Shown: positions 23,380 to 32,936 of the stretch, in pieces
Layout of the letters: each line of letters opens with the position of its first letter
Position numbering within the stretch: position 1 is the stretch's first letter
DNA from: a bacterium
GTDB taxonomy: Bacteria > Planctomycetota > JAFGQW01
DNA: 64,000 nt
Reading direction: 5' to 3'
NCBI GenBank assembly: GCA_030426805.1
Contig: JAUHXU010000001.1
Coordinates: 768,861 to 832,860 of the forward strand
Translations under genes and position numbers: made by a program
Notes under the pieces: model-generated
What the model saw: the letters and a program-made list of their open reading frames with translations, nothing else
Database searches by the model: none
Told to the model about the DNA's origin: nothing

Positions 23380-25467
23380 TCACTTCCCCTGGTTGCGGAA
23401 CGGATCGCGATTGCCACCGTGGCAATCCACGCAGCGCCTGCCGAGCGGCTTGTATCGCACGAAGGTCACGCCCTTCTCGCGCACCGGCTGGTGGCACGCG
23501 CGACAGGCGAGACCGCGGTGCGCCTCGTCGAGCGGGAACCGCGAATCGCGATCGTGATCAAAGGAGAGATCGGTAAATCGCGTCGTCCCGCTGTGGCACC
23601 GCTCGCAACTCGTCTCCCCGCCGATGCGGAACTGCCCCGCATGGGGGTCGCCGTGGCAGTCCGCGCACCGGGTCCCCTTCGCCCACGTAACCGCCCGCTG
23701 CGTCACGGGATCGGGCGCGTCGAGCGGCGCGTGACACGCCGCGCAGCCGGCCTTGGCGTGGGCGCCGTCGAGCGCGAATCCGGTCCACGCGCCGTGGTCG
23801 AATCCTCGGGGAAAATCCCGGAACGACGCGGTCGTGTGGCAACGCGCACAGTCCGTTCGGCCTTCGACCGACGTCGGAAGGCCGGCTCGGTCGAACGCGC
23901 CGCGGTGCGGATCGGCGTGGCACGCCGCACATCCGGTCGCCCCGGCGATCGGTGCGATCGCACGCCCGAAGCGCCGCCCGAATGCGTCCGGCGTGTCGCT
24001 GCGCCCGTGGCACGCCTCGCACCCGATCTCGGCGTGCGCGCCGTCGAGCGCGAAACCCGTCCAGCGCGCGTGATCGAATCCACGCGGACGCTCGGAGAAA
24101 CTCACGCTGTTGTGGCAGTGCGCGCACCCGCCGCCGTCGCGGACGGCCGGCGAGAGGTCGTCGGCCTTCGCGAGGAACGGCTCGAAGAACCCGCGATGCG
24201 CGTCGCCATGGCACGCGACGCAGCCGGAGCGGATGCCGCGGAACCGTCGCGGCCCGCCGCCGTCGGGTTCGCGATGGCACGACGCGCACCGCGCCTCCCG
24301 GTGCTTGCCCGTCAGCGGGAACCCGGCCGCGGCGTGGCGCTCGAGCGTGAACGCGTGGGGCGTGAACTCCGTGCGACCGTGACAGGCGATGCACGACGTG
24401 CGCTCGGTCGCCGCATCGCGGAACTGCCCCCCGTGCGGGTCCGCGTGACACGCCTCGCAGCCCGACGGATCGCGGCCCGGGTGGCGCGCGCGGTAGTTGC
24501 CCTTCGGTCCGCGGTGGCACTCGGCGCACTTGACCGTGTCGTGCGGCGCATCGAGCGCGAAGCCGGTGCACGCGTGTTGTTCCGGTGTCACCGTGAGTCG
24601 CTCGTCGTGCCACGACGTGTGCTCGGGCCGGTGGCACGACGCGCACGCGAGGCCGCTGGCGACGCCGTCCAACGCCGCAACGCCCTCGACGAGTGCGGCG
24701 CGGTGTGGCGATTCGTGGCAGTCGGCGCACGTCCGCGCGAGCACGCCGTCGTCGCGGCCGAAGCGCTCGAGCGCGTGCGACGAACCGTTTTCGTGGCACG
24801 TGCGGCATGCGACCCGTGCGTGCGCGCCGGTCAGCGCGAGAAAGCGCTCGTGCCCCACCGGTATGCGCTCGGTGAACGACTCCTGGTGATGGCACGTCGC
24901 ACACGCGAGCCCCATCTGTCCGCCGTGCGGATCTTCGTGGCAGCTCCGACAGTCACGGCTCGCCCCGAGGAAGCGTTTCGCGCCGGCGGGCAACTCGGCC
25001 GTGTCGGCGTGCTCGTGGCACTCGACGCACGCGAGTTCGAGGTGCTTGCCCGCCATCGGAAAGCCGATCGCGGCATGGTCGAAGCCGTTCTTCCCCGTGA
25101 ACCCGGCGAGCTCGAAGCTGCGGTCGTTGACGAGCGCGAAGGACGCGCCGTGGTGGTCGCTGTGGCACCGGGCGCACGCGGACGCGAGCGCCGGCTCGAG
25201 CGCACCGTGCAATCCGGTGCGGTTCGCGAGTTGATCGCCGATCGGCTCGTGGCACTCGAGGCACGCACTCGCCATGTCCCCCGACCAGCCGCCGTGGCAG
25301 GCCGCGCACGCCGCGCCGCCGTCGAGTCCGTCCGCGTGGGCGTGAACCGCGGCGATCGGCCCCGGTGACGACCGGTCGAGGTCGCCGAGCACGACGTAGA
25401 GCACGCCGATGACCGACAGGCACGCGACGCCGAGCGCGCGACGTCGGGCGGCCGGGGAGGCGCTCAC
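23380..25467 (-). CDS. Giant multiheme c-type cytochrome with 23 CxxCH motifs (c7/c3-like tandem repeats)
   Basis: GTG start overlapping the upstream stop (GTGA). Signal or TM segment ALGVACLSVIGVLYVVLG. Twenty-three CxxCH motifs in repeated F.L.G.H....C..CH...PH units. Confidence 0.8.
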   Translation of the reverse strand: MSASPAARRRALGVACLSVIGVLYVVLGDLDRSSPGPIAAVHAHADGLDGGAACAACHGGWSGDMASACLECHEPIGDQLANRTGLHGALEPALASACARCHSDHHGASFALVNDRSFELAGFTGKNGFDHAAIGFPMAGKHLELACVECHEHADTAELPAGAKRFLGASRDCRSCHEDPHGGQMGLACATCHHQESFTERIPVGHERFLALTGAHARVACRTCHENGSSHALERFGRDDGVLARTCADCHESPHRAALVEGVAALDGVASGLACASCHRPEHTSWHDERLTVTPEQHACTGFALDAPHDTVKCAECHRGPKGNYRARHPGRDPSGCEACHADPHGGQFRDAATERTSCIACHGRTEFTPHAFTLERHAAAGFPLTGKHREARCASCHREPDGGGPRRFRGIRSGCVACHGDAHRGFFEPFLAKADDLSPAVRDGGGCAHCHNSVSFSERPRGFDHARWTGFALDGAHAEIGCEACHGRSDTPDAFGRRFGRAIAPIAGATGCAACHADPHRGAFDRAGLPTSVEGRTDCARCHTTASFRDFPRGFDHGAWTGFALDGAHAKAGCAACHAPLDAPDPVTQRAVTWAKGTRCADCHGDPHAGQFRIGGETSCERCHSGTTRFTDLSFDHDRDSRFPLDEAHRGLACRACHQPVREKGVTFVRYKPLGRRCVDCHGGNRDPFRNQGK

Positions 25468-27695
25468 CGCCCCGCTCCGAGCGACACCGAGCCGTAGACG
25501 AGCGCGTGCACGATGTGGACCACGACCAGCAGCACCATCCCGGCGGCGACCCAACGGTGGAAGTAGCGCCACGATCCGAGCAGCGCGCGCAGATCCTCGA
25601 AGTGCGCGACCATCACCGCGGTGCGATGGGCCGATCGCGCCAGGCGCACGGTCGCCTCGACCTGCGGCGTCGCGATCCCCTCGGCGCGGCCCGCGGTCCG
25701 CAACGTCGTCACGAGTCGGCGAAGATCGCGGTGCCCGCCGAGCAACGCGACGAGTCGTCCGAAGAACGTCGCGCGCCATCGGCGACGCTCGACGAGCGCT
25801 TCGACCGCGTCTTGGGCCCGACGATGAAACGTGCGGTCGCCCTCGGGCCATGCGTCGACGATCCGACGAAGACGGTGACGTACCTCGGAGAGTTCGAGCT
25901 CACGCCCGTTCGCCGCACGGGGCACGTAGGCGTAGAAGTAACGACCGATCGCACCGGTGACGAGCAGGATACCCAGCGCCCAGAACGCATGCCCCCCCGG
26001 CGTGTCGCCCGGTGCCATCGCGCCGTGCACGAGTGCGCACAGCATCGCGAGGATGCCGGTCGCGACGTGACTCGTCATCCACGCGCGCAGCGAACCGAAC
26101 GAGAACGGGACGCGCGGCGCGCGGCGCAGCAGGTAGAGCAGGTTCACGACGATCATCGTGACCGACGCGATCCCGAGCGCGAGCCCGAGGCCGCGACCCG
26201 GGCGCAACCAGTCGTGCTTGTCGTGCGTCGGGCGTGCGACGAGTTCGAGGAAGTAGTAGTCCGCATGCACGAGCGTCCAGGCGAGCGTGACGAGCGCGAG
26301 CGCCAAGCCGGTCCCGAGCGCGAGGCGCAACCCGGTGCCCTGCTCGACGACCGGCGGCGGCAGCGTCCGGTGCGTCGGGTCGAACGACACGCCCGAGCGC
26401 TCGAGCGTCTCGTGCGGCGCGACACCGCCGATCATCACGAAGACGTCGTCGTTCGCGAGGATCCGGGTCTCGACCGTGTCGCCGTCGTCCACCTCGAGCT
26501 CGACCGCGTCCGCACGGATCTCGGTGACACGGCTCCGCAGCACGACGTCGATCGCCCCGCGCGCGACCGCTTGTGCGAGGTGCTCCTCGTTGCGCGACCG
26601 AATGCGGTGCCAGGCATCGCGCCGATACGAGAGCGTCACCCGATTGTCCGGCTGTTCGGCGAGCGCGACCGCGGTCTCGACCGCGCTGTCGCCGCCACCG
26701 ACGACGAGAATCCGTCGGCCGGTGTACGCCTGCGCATCGAGGAGGCTGTAGACGACCTTCGGCAGCGACTCGCCGGGCACGTCGAGCTTGCGCGGCAGTC
26801 CGCGACGACCGAGTGCGAGGCAGACGTGTTCGGCGTCGATCGCGTGGCGATCGGTGTGCACGCGATACCCGCCTCGGGCGGAGCGCTCGACGCCGGAGAA
26901 CGCGGTGTTGTGTTCGATCGGCAACGCGTGCGCGGCGGCGACGTCCTGCCACAGCGCCATCAGCTCTTCCTTCGAGTAGCTCGACCGATCGAGCAAGCCG
27001 TGCAGCGGAAGCTCCACCGGTTGGGTCATCACGAGCTTCTGACGGGGATACGTCGCGACGGTGCCGCCCACACCGTCGGCCTGGTCGATCGTCACGAAGC
27101 GAAGCCCCTGTCGCTTCGCCTCGAGCGAACACGCGAGCCCGGCGGGGCCGGCGCCGACGATGCAGAGATCGAAGCGCTCGGGGTGTGTGTGCGGCCGTTC
27201 GGCGACGCGACGCGCGACCTCGCGACCCACGGACGCCCCCTGGTCGATCGCGGACTTGATGCGCGCGTGCGCGGTGACTTCCCCGGCGAGGAAGAGGCCC
27301 GGCGAGCCGACCGCTTCGAGGTCCGCCTCGAGCGCCGGCACGTCACGGCGGTCCTCCAGGTTCGCGAGCGTGACGGTGATCGCGCCGACCGGGCACTCGC
27401 GCTCACACGCCGAGATCCCGACGCAACGCGCACCGTTGACGACGGTCGCTTGCCCGTGGGCGATCGCGAGGACACCGTCCTCCGGGCAGACCGCGACGCA
27501 CGTCGCGCACCCGAGGCACCGCGTCAGGTCGATCACCGGGTGCTGGAGCCGCGCCTCGGCGACCTCGGCCTGCGCCGCCCGATCGCGGTCGCGCAGCGTC
27601 CGACGCATCCGATCGATTTCCGCACGCCGCGACCGCATCGCGAGACACGCGATGCCGAGCGCGAGTGTGAGACCTACGAGGAGGGCCCAACCCAC
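25464..27695 (-). CDS. Membrane-anchored 4Fe-4S ferredoxin plus FAD/NAD(P)-binding pyridine-nucleotide-disulfide oxidoreductase, fused to a C-terminal multi-TM His-containing (cytochrome-b-like) domain
   Basis: 743 aa. N-terminal TM. 2x[4Fe-4S] motifs CLGCATCVAVCP and CVGISACERECP. Rossmann GxGxxG (DLCIVGAGPAGLA). C-terminal roughly 250 aa with several hydrophobic helices bearing conserved His (LVHAD, SHVATG, LVHGAM). Confidence 0.7.
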   Translation of the reverse strand: MGWALLVGLTLALGIACLAMRSRRAEIDRMRRTLRDRDRAAQAEVAEARLQHPVIDLTRCLGCATCVAVCPEDGVLAIAHGQATVVNGARCVGISACERECPVGAITVTLANLEDRRDVPALEADLEAVGSPGLFLAGEVTAHARIKSAIDQGASVGREVARRVAERPHTHPERFDLCIVGAGPAGLACSLEAKRQGLRFVTIDQADGVGGTVATYPRQKLVMTQPVELPLHGLLDRSSYSKEELMALWQDVAAAHALPIEHNTAFSGVERSARGGYRVHTDRHAIDAEHVCLALGRRGLPRKLDVPGESLPKVVYSLLDAQAYTGRRILVVGGGDSAVETAVALAEQPDNRVTLSYRRDAWHRIRSRNEEHLAQAVARGAIDVVLRSRVTEIRADAVELEVDDGDTVETRILANDDVFVMIGGVAPHETLERSGVSFDPTHRTLPPPVVEQGTGLRLALGTGLALALVTLAWTLVHADYYFLELVARPTHDKHDWLRPGRGLGLALGIASVTMIVVNLLYLLRRAPRVPFSFGSLRAWMTSHVATGILAMLCALVHGAMAPGDTPGGHAFWALGILLVTGAIGRYFYAYVPRAANGRELELSEVRHRLRRIVDAWPEGDRTFHRRAQDAVEALVERRRWRATFFGRLVALLGGHRDLRRLVTTLRTAGRAEGIATPQVEATVRLARSAHRTAVMVAHFEDLRALLGSWRYFHRWVAAGMVLLVVVHIVHALVYGSVSLGAGR

Positions 27696-27722
27696 GGTGT
27701 CATCCCTCCCCGCTGCGGTGGT

Positions 27723-28481
27723 CTACCGCGTCGTGTCGGTGCTCCCGGTGTCCGACGACGGGCGAATCGTCGCCGGCTCGTCGGTCGGCTCGACGTCCAC
27801 CGCGGGCGTCTCGACCGAGACCGGCATCGCCGCCGAGTCGTTGTAGCGCCGTGCGGCGTCGAGCAGCGTCGCGATCTTGACGTCGAGCGACTCGACCATG
27901 CCGATCAGCCGGGTCGCGTCGCCGCGCAGCGACGCGAGCGTCGCCGGGTTGAAGTCGTGGCTGAGGAACAGCGCGCGGTCGCGCAGGACGCGGTTCAAGT
28001 TGTCCAGCTCGGTCTGCACCGGCATCGACGCGGTGACGACCGCGTCGTAGCGCTCGCGGCTGCCGACGAGGCGCGTCAGGCTGCGCAGGCGCATCTCGGA
28101 ATCGCTGAATCCCTCGAGGCTCGTCGTCCACTGCTCGAAGACCGGCGCCGCATCGGTGCGCATCTGCTCGACCGCGGCACGGAGTTCCTCGGCCTGCTGC
28201 TCACTGCGGTCGATCGCATCGGTGAGCTGCTGATGCCCCCACTGCGCGTTGCCGTCGAAGTCGGGCGACAGGATGGTCCCGAGCACCTCGATCGCCGCAT
28301 GACTGCGCGTCCGGGTCACCTCTGCCGCGACGTGCACGCGCTCGACCGAGTTGACGAGCACGTTGACCGACGCGGGGCCGGTCTTCTTCGTCGACAAGAG
28401 CGAGCATCCGCCGAGCACCGAGACCGCCAACCCGATGGCGCAGGCGCGGTTGAGTAGCGTAGTCATATCCCGTAACATCCT
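27723..28481 (-). CDS. Hypothetical lipoprotein, first gene of the cytochrome/porin operon
   Basis: Internal start MLRDMTTLLNRACAIGLAVSVLGGC (lipobox). Mostly helical, Glu/Arg-rich periplasmic protein. 27-nt gap to the next gene. Confidence 0.55.
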   Translation of the reverse strand, partial: RMLRDMTTLLNRACAIGLAVSVLGGCSLLSTKKTGPASVNVLVNSVERVHVAAEVTRTRSHAAIEVLGTILSPDFDGNAQWGHQQLTDAIDRSEQQAEELRAAVEQMRTDAAPVFEQWTTSLEGFSDSEMRLRSLTRLVGSRERYDAVVTASMPVQTELDNLNRVLRDRALFLSHDFNPATLASLRGDATRLIGMVESLDVKIATLLDAARRYNDSAAMPVSVETPAVDVEPTDEPATIRPSSDTGSTDTTR

Positions 28482-28612
28482 CTCCACTTCCTCTCTGCGA
28501 CGATCGGCAGTTCTCCCGGCGGGCTTTAGGACGATCCGCGGCGGTTCCCCGGCGAGACGATCCGCACGCCGGCTAACGCTGCCTGGGGCCGGCGGCCGAC
28601 ATACGGGACACG

Positions 28613-29698
28613 ATGAGTACGACAATCTCCAGCCGACTCGGCCTCGCGATGATGCTCGTGGCGCTGCTGCTGGCCGGGTGCGGCGTCGACGGCCCCCGCC
28701 AGATCACCCGTACGCGCACGGGCGCGCCCATGCGCCAGCTCGACGCGTCGACCGCGCTACGCTTCGGATTCACCGGCGCGGCGTCGCCGCACGGTGGCGG
28801 CACGCCCTCGACACGCCCGAGCCCCGAACAGGGGATCGCCGAGTTGCTGCGGTGGACCGTGCCGCCCGGGTGGGAGTCGCTGCCGCCCAAGCCGTTTCGC
28901 GTCGTGAACCTGCTCGCCGACGGCGCCGAGTGCTACGTCACCTACGTGGCCGGCGGCGGCGCACAGGGCAACATCAACCGCTGGCGCGGCCAGATGGGCG
29001 CCGACCCGCTCGACCCCGCGGCGATCGACAAGCTCGCGACATCCCGGATCCTGGGCCGTCGCGCGCACCTCGTCGACCTCGAGGGCACCTACCGCGGCAT
29101 GGGCGGCAAGGCGCGCGACGGCATGCGCATGCGAGCGATCTACGTCGGGTTCCCCGCGTTCGCGCTGTCGATCAAGATGATCGGCCCGCGTGACGTCGTC
29201 GAGGCGAACCGGGCCAAGTTCGACGCGTTCTGCGTCTCGCTCGCGTTCGCGCAGGAGACCGCGCCCGCTCCGACCGAAGGGGCGAGCAGCGCCGGAACCG
29301 GATCGCTCGGGTGGACCGCACCCGACGGATGGCGCGAGGAGCGGGGCAGCGGCATGCGCCACGTGACGTTCCGCCCGTCCGACACGTGCGAGTGCTACAT
29401 CCTCTTCCTGCCGGAGCAAGGCGGCGGACTGCTCGCGAACGTCAACCGTTGGCGGCAGCAGATGGGGCGCGGGCCGCTCGATCGCGACGGCCTCGCCAAG
29501 CTGCCGACGACGACGATCCTCGGCGCGAAGCAACCGTGGCTCGAGGTCTTCAGCGAGGCGGGCCAGGGCATCCTCGCGATCGCGAGCCCCTATGCAGGTC
29601 AGACATTGTTCGTGAAAATGATCGGGCCGGCCGAGGAGCTGCGCGCGCAGCGCGACGCGTTCCTCGCGTTCTGCGGATCCCTTCGGAGCGACCGATGA
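28613..29698 (+). CDS. Hypothetical lipoprotein built from an internal tandem duplication of a roughly 140 aa domain
   Basis: Lipoprotein signal MSTTISSRLGLAMMLVALLLAGC. Two homologous halves (WTVPPGWESL...CYVTYVAGG.QGNINRWRGQMG...FALSIKMIGP...FDAFCVSLAF versus WTAPDGWREE...CYILFLPEQGGGLLANVNRWRQQMG...LFVKMIGP...RDAFLAFCGSLR). Confidence 0.6.
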   Translation: MSTTISSRLGLAMMLVALLLAGCGVDGPRQITRTRTGAPMRQLDASTALRFGFTGAASPHGGGTPSTRPSPEQGIAELLRWTVPPGWESLPPKPFRVVNLLADGAECYVTYVAGGGAQGNINRWRGQMGADPLDPAAIDKLATSRILGRRAHLVDLEGTYRGMGGKARDGMRMRAIYVGFPAFALSIKMIGPRDVVEANRAKFDAFCVSLAFAQETAPAPTEGASSAGTGSLGWTAPDGWREERGSGMRHVTFRPSDTCECYILFLPEQGGGLLANVNRWRQQMGRGPLDRDGLAKLPTTTILGAKQPWLEVFSEAGQGILAIASPYAGQTLFVKMIGPAEELRAQRDAFLAFCGSLRSDR

Positions 29699-32600
29699 CG
29701 ACGTCCTCGACCGACGCGCGCACGGCGAACCCCGCGCGGTGGCTCTTTCGCTTGATCGCATCCCAGGGACTCGCGTGCCTGATCCTGATCGCGCTGATGG
29801 TGATCACCTACTTCGGCACGCTCGCACAGATCGATCGCGGACTCGTGCAGGCGCAGAAGGACTACTTCGACAGCTGGATCTGCTGGCTCGACCTGCCGCT
29901 CGTCGGGATCCCGTTCCGCATGGCCTTCCCCGGCGGTGTGACGTTGCTCACGCTGCTCGCGGTGAACCTGATCGTCGGCGGCCTGTTGCGCCTGCGCTGG
30001 AACAAGCGCACCGCCGGGATCGCGATCGTCCACCTCGGCATCATCGGCCTGCTCGTCTCGGGGCTCGTCAAGTTCGTCGCGTCGACGAACGGGTTCCTGC
30101 AGCTCGATCCCGGCCAGTCCAAGTCGAACTACACGAGCTTTCACGAGTGGGAACTCGTGATCGGCGAACCGAAGGGTGACGGCACGCTCGTCGAACACCT
30201 GATCGACGACCGCGCGATCCGCACGCCGGGCGAGCACGCGTCGCCGGCCCTGCCGTTCACGGTCCGCATCGATCGCTTCATCGAGAACGCGCGGCCGCGC
30301 CGCGCGCGGACGTCCGACGCACGCGACGTCGTGGACGGCTTCTACCTCGAGCCGCTCGAACGCACCGCGCAAGCGAGCGCGAACACGCCCGGCGTCTACG
30401 TCGACGTGCTCCCGCGCGACGGCTCGCGCCAACGCGGCCTCCTGTGGGGGCTGCAGCGCCAACCGTGGACGGTTCGAATCGACGGCGTCCCGTGGACGAT
30501 CGATCTGCGACGCCGCGTCTACGACCTGCCGTACGCGGTGCGCCTCGAGCAGTTCCGCAAAGAGGAGCACCCCGGGGTCACGACGCCGCGCCATTTCTCG
30601 AGCGATGTCACGAAGATCCAGGACGGCACGGAGCAGAAGTTCCACATCGCGATGAACCGGCCGATGCGTGACGGCGGGTTCATGCTGTCGCAGAACAACT
30701 GGGGGCCGCAAGACGGACGCCCGGGCCCCTACTTCACGGTGCTCGAGGTCTCGAGCAACCCGGCCGACCAGTGGCCGAAGTACATGTGCTACGTCATCGC
30801 GTTCGGATTCGTGCTGCACTTCGGGCGCAAGCTCCTCACGCACGTTCGACGCCAGCGCGCGAAGGCGACCGCCGCGGCCGCGCTCGGACTCGTCGCGCTG
30901 TTCGGCGGGTCGGTCGCGGCACAGGACGCGGCACAGGGCGCGCCGCGGCCGCGCACCGAGCCGTGGCCGCAGGAGATCCTCGACCGCGTCGGAAAGATCC
31001 CGGTGCAGGAGGGCGGCCGCATCAAGCCGCTCGCGACGTTCGCCGGGTTCCAGATGCTCGGCATCAACGGCAAGCGCACCTTCCGCACCGAAGACGGCGA
31101 GACGCTGACGCCGGTCGCGTGGCTGCTCGACTGCTGGTTCTTCCCCGAGCAGGCCACCCACTACCGCGTGGTGACCGTCGACGACCTCCGGGCGCTCGAG
31201 AGCGTCGGGATGGACGTCACGGGGCGCGAACGGCGCGACCGCTACTCGCTCACCGAACTCGACCCGGTGCTTCAGAAGCTCGGGCTGCAGGCGCGGCGCT
31301 TCAGCCTCAAGCCGTCGAACGCGCGCACCGCACTCGAACGACAGGTGATGACGGTCGCCCGACGGGCGTCGCAGCTCAAGTACCTCGTCACGTTCCTCGA
31401 CTTCGCGCGCAAGCGCATCGACCCGCGCGAGCACGACGCGCTTCGCGACGCGTTCGCCGGCCGCGAGTCGATCTCGTTGCTCGACCTCGTCGCGGTGTTC
31501 CCGAAGGTGCGAAGCGCGGTGATGGGTGATCCCCACGATCCCCATGGCGAGAAGCCGAACGCACTGCTCGAGGTGCTCGGCCGTACGCTCGACGGCGCGT
31601 CCGCCGTCGCGCTCCTGCCGCCCCGCGACGCGAACGACGAAGCGTGGCGCACGCCCGAGACCGTGATGACGATCGTGCTCCGCGGCGACGGCGATGCGAC
31701 CGCGCTCGACGAGCTGCGCCGCTTCGAGCCGCTCGTCGCGGCACGGGGCGACTTCACCGCGCTCGGCGAGGGAATCGCCGCCTTGGAGAGCGACCTCGTC
31801 GCCCGCGCGAGCGCGCGGGGCGAATACGACCGCGTGGAACTCGAGGTCTCGTTCTATCGGATGGACTGGTTCTACCGGGCGCTGTGCTGCTTCCTGCTCG
31901 CGTTCGTCGTGTGCGCGATCGGTTGGATCCGACGCCACGGCGCGATCTACGCGAGCGCGTGGGTGCTCGTCGTCGCCGGCGAGCTCCTGCTCGTGACCGG
32001 CATCGTCATCCGGTGCCTGATCCGTCAGCGCCCACCGATCACGACGCCCTACGAGGCGATCCTGTTCATCATCGCAGTCGGCGTGCTCGTGATCCTGTTC
32101 ATCGAGTGGATCCGACGCAACGCGATCCCGCTGTCGTTCGCGACCGTCGTCGGTTCGCTCGGGCTCGTCGTCGCCGCGTGGCACGAGCGCATCGAAGGCG
32201 TCGACACGATGCAGCCACTCGTCGCCGTGCTCGACACGAACTTCTGGCTCGCGACGCACGTGACGACCGTCACGCTCGGATACTGCGGCGGCCTGCTCGC
32301 CGCGCTCGTCGCCCACGTGACGATCTTCGGCCGCCTCTTCGGCTTCCGTCGCAACGACCCCGGGTTCTACCGCGACCTCGGCCGGATCACGTACGGCATC
32401 CTCGGCTTCGGCGTCGTGTTCGCAACGGTCGGGACGATCCTCGGCGGCGTGTGGGCGAACGACAGCTGGGGCCGTTTCTGGGGTTGGGACCCGAAGGAAA
32501 ACGGCGCGCTGATGCTCGTGCTCGGCTACATCGTGATCCTGCACGCGCGGATGGGCGGCCACATCAAAGACCACGGCATGGCCGTCGCGTCGGTCCTGCT

Positions 32601-32790
32601 CGGCATCATCGTGATGTGGGCCTTCTGGGGCGTGAACCTCTACCAGGTGGGTCTCCACAGCTACGGTTTCACCGAGACCAAGCGTCAGGCGACCGACCTC
32701 TACTACGCGGTCGAGGGCGTCGTCGCGCTGATCGGCCTGATCACGCCGCTCCTCCCCCACGTCCACCGACGCGACCCCGGCCCCGCGTAA
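29695..32790 (+). CDS. ccsBA: Fused cytochrome c biogenesis protein CcsB(ResB)-CcsA(ResC), System II heme export and ligation
   Basis: ATG overlaps the upstream stop (ATGA). The N-terminal half is a ResB-like polytopic region. The C-terminal half has the CcsA WWD signature WGRFWGWDPKENGALM and conserved His. Confidence 0.8.
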   Translation: MTTSSTDARTANPARWLFRLIASQGLACLILIALMVITYFGTLAQIDRGLVQAQKDYFDSWICWLDLPLVGIPFRMAFPGGVTLLTLLAVNLIVGGLLRLRWNKRTAGIAIVHLGIIGLLVSGLVKFVASTNGFLQLDPGQSKSNYTSFHEWELVIGEPKGDGTLVEHLIDDRAIRTPGEHASPALPFTVRIDRFIENARPRRARTSDARDVVDGFYLEPLERTAQASANTPGVYVDVLPRDGSRQRGLLWGLQRQPWTVRIDGVPWTIDLRRRVYDLPYAVRLEQFRKEEHPGVTTPRHFSSDVTKIQDGTEQKFHIAMNRPMRDGGFMLSQNNWGPQDGRPGPYFTVLEVSSNPADQWPKYMCYVIAFGFVLHFGRKLLTHVRRQRAKATAAAALGLVALFGGSVAAQDAAQGAPRPRTEPWPQEILDRVGKIPVQEGGRIKPLATFAGFQMLGINGKRTFRTEDGETLTPVAWLLDCWFFPEQATHYRVVTVDDLRALESVGMDVTGRERRDRYSLTELDPVLQKLGLQARRFSLKPSNARTALERQVMTVARRASQLKYLVTFLDFARKRIDPREHDALRDAFAGRESISLLDLVAVFPKVRSAVMGDPHDPHGEKPNALLEVLGRTLDGASAVALLPPRDANDEAWRTPETVMTIVLRGDGDATALDELRRFEPLVAARGDFTALGEGIAALESDLVARASARGEYDRVELEVSFYRMDWFYRALCCFLLAFVVCAIGWIRRHGAIYASAWVLVVAGELLLVTGIVIRCLIRQRPPITTPYEAILFIIAVGVLVILFIEWIRRNAIPLSFATVVGSLGLVVAAWHERIEGVDTMQPLVAVLDTNFWLATHVTTVTLGYCGGLLAALVAHVTIFGRLFGFRRNDPGFYRDLGRITYGILGFGVVFATVGTILGGVWANDSWGRFWGWDPKENGALMLVLGYIVILHARMGGHIKDHGMAVASVLLGIIVMWAFWGVNLYQVGLHSYGFTETKRQATDLYYAVEGVVALIGLITPLLPHVHRRDPGPA

Positions 32791-32936
32791 GCTACCGCTC
32801 CGCGTTTTTCTGGATCGCGCGTAACGACCTCGGCCATCGGGACCCCGTGTCCGGCGAAGGCGGTCGGCGACGGACGATTTCGTCGCTCTCTTCCGCCGCC
32901 TGGCAAACCCGAACCCCGATTCCGAGGAGAATCACC

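Noticed and set aside
21289-25368. 1359-aa + strand ORF
   Set aside because: Antisense to the cytochrome/porin operon, with Arg/Ala/Pro-rich composition and no motifs.
29599-32766. 1055-aa minus-strand ORF
   Set aside because: Antisense to ccsBA, with low-complexity translation.
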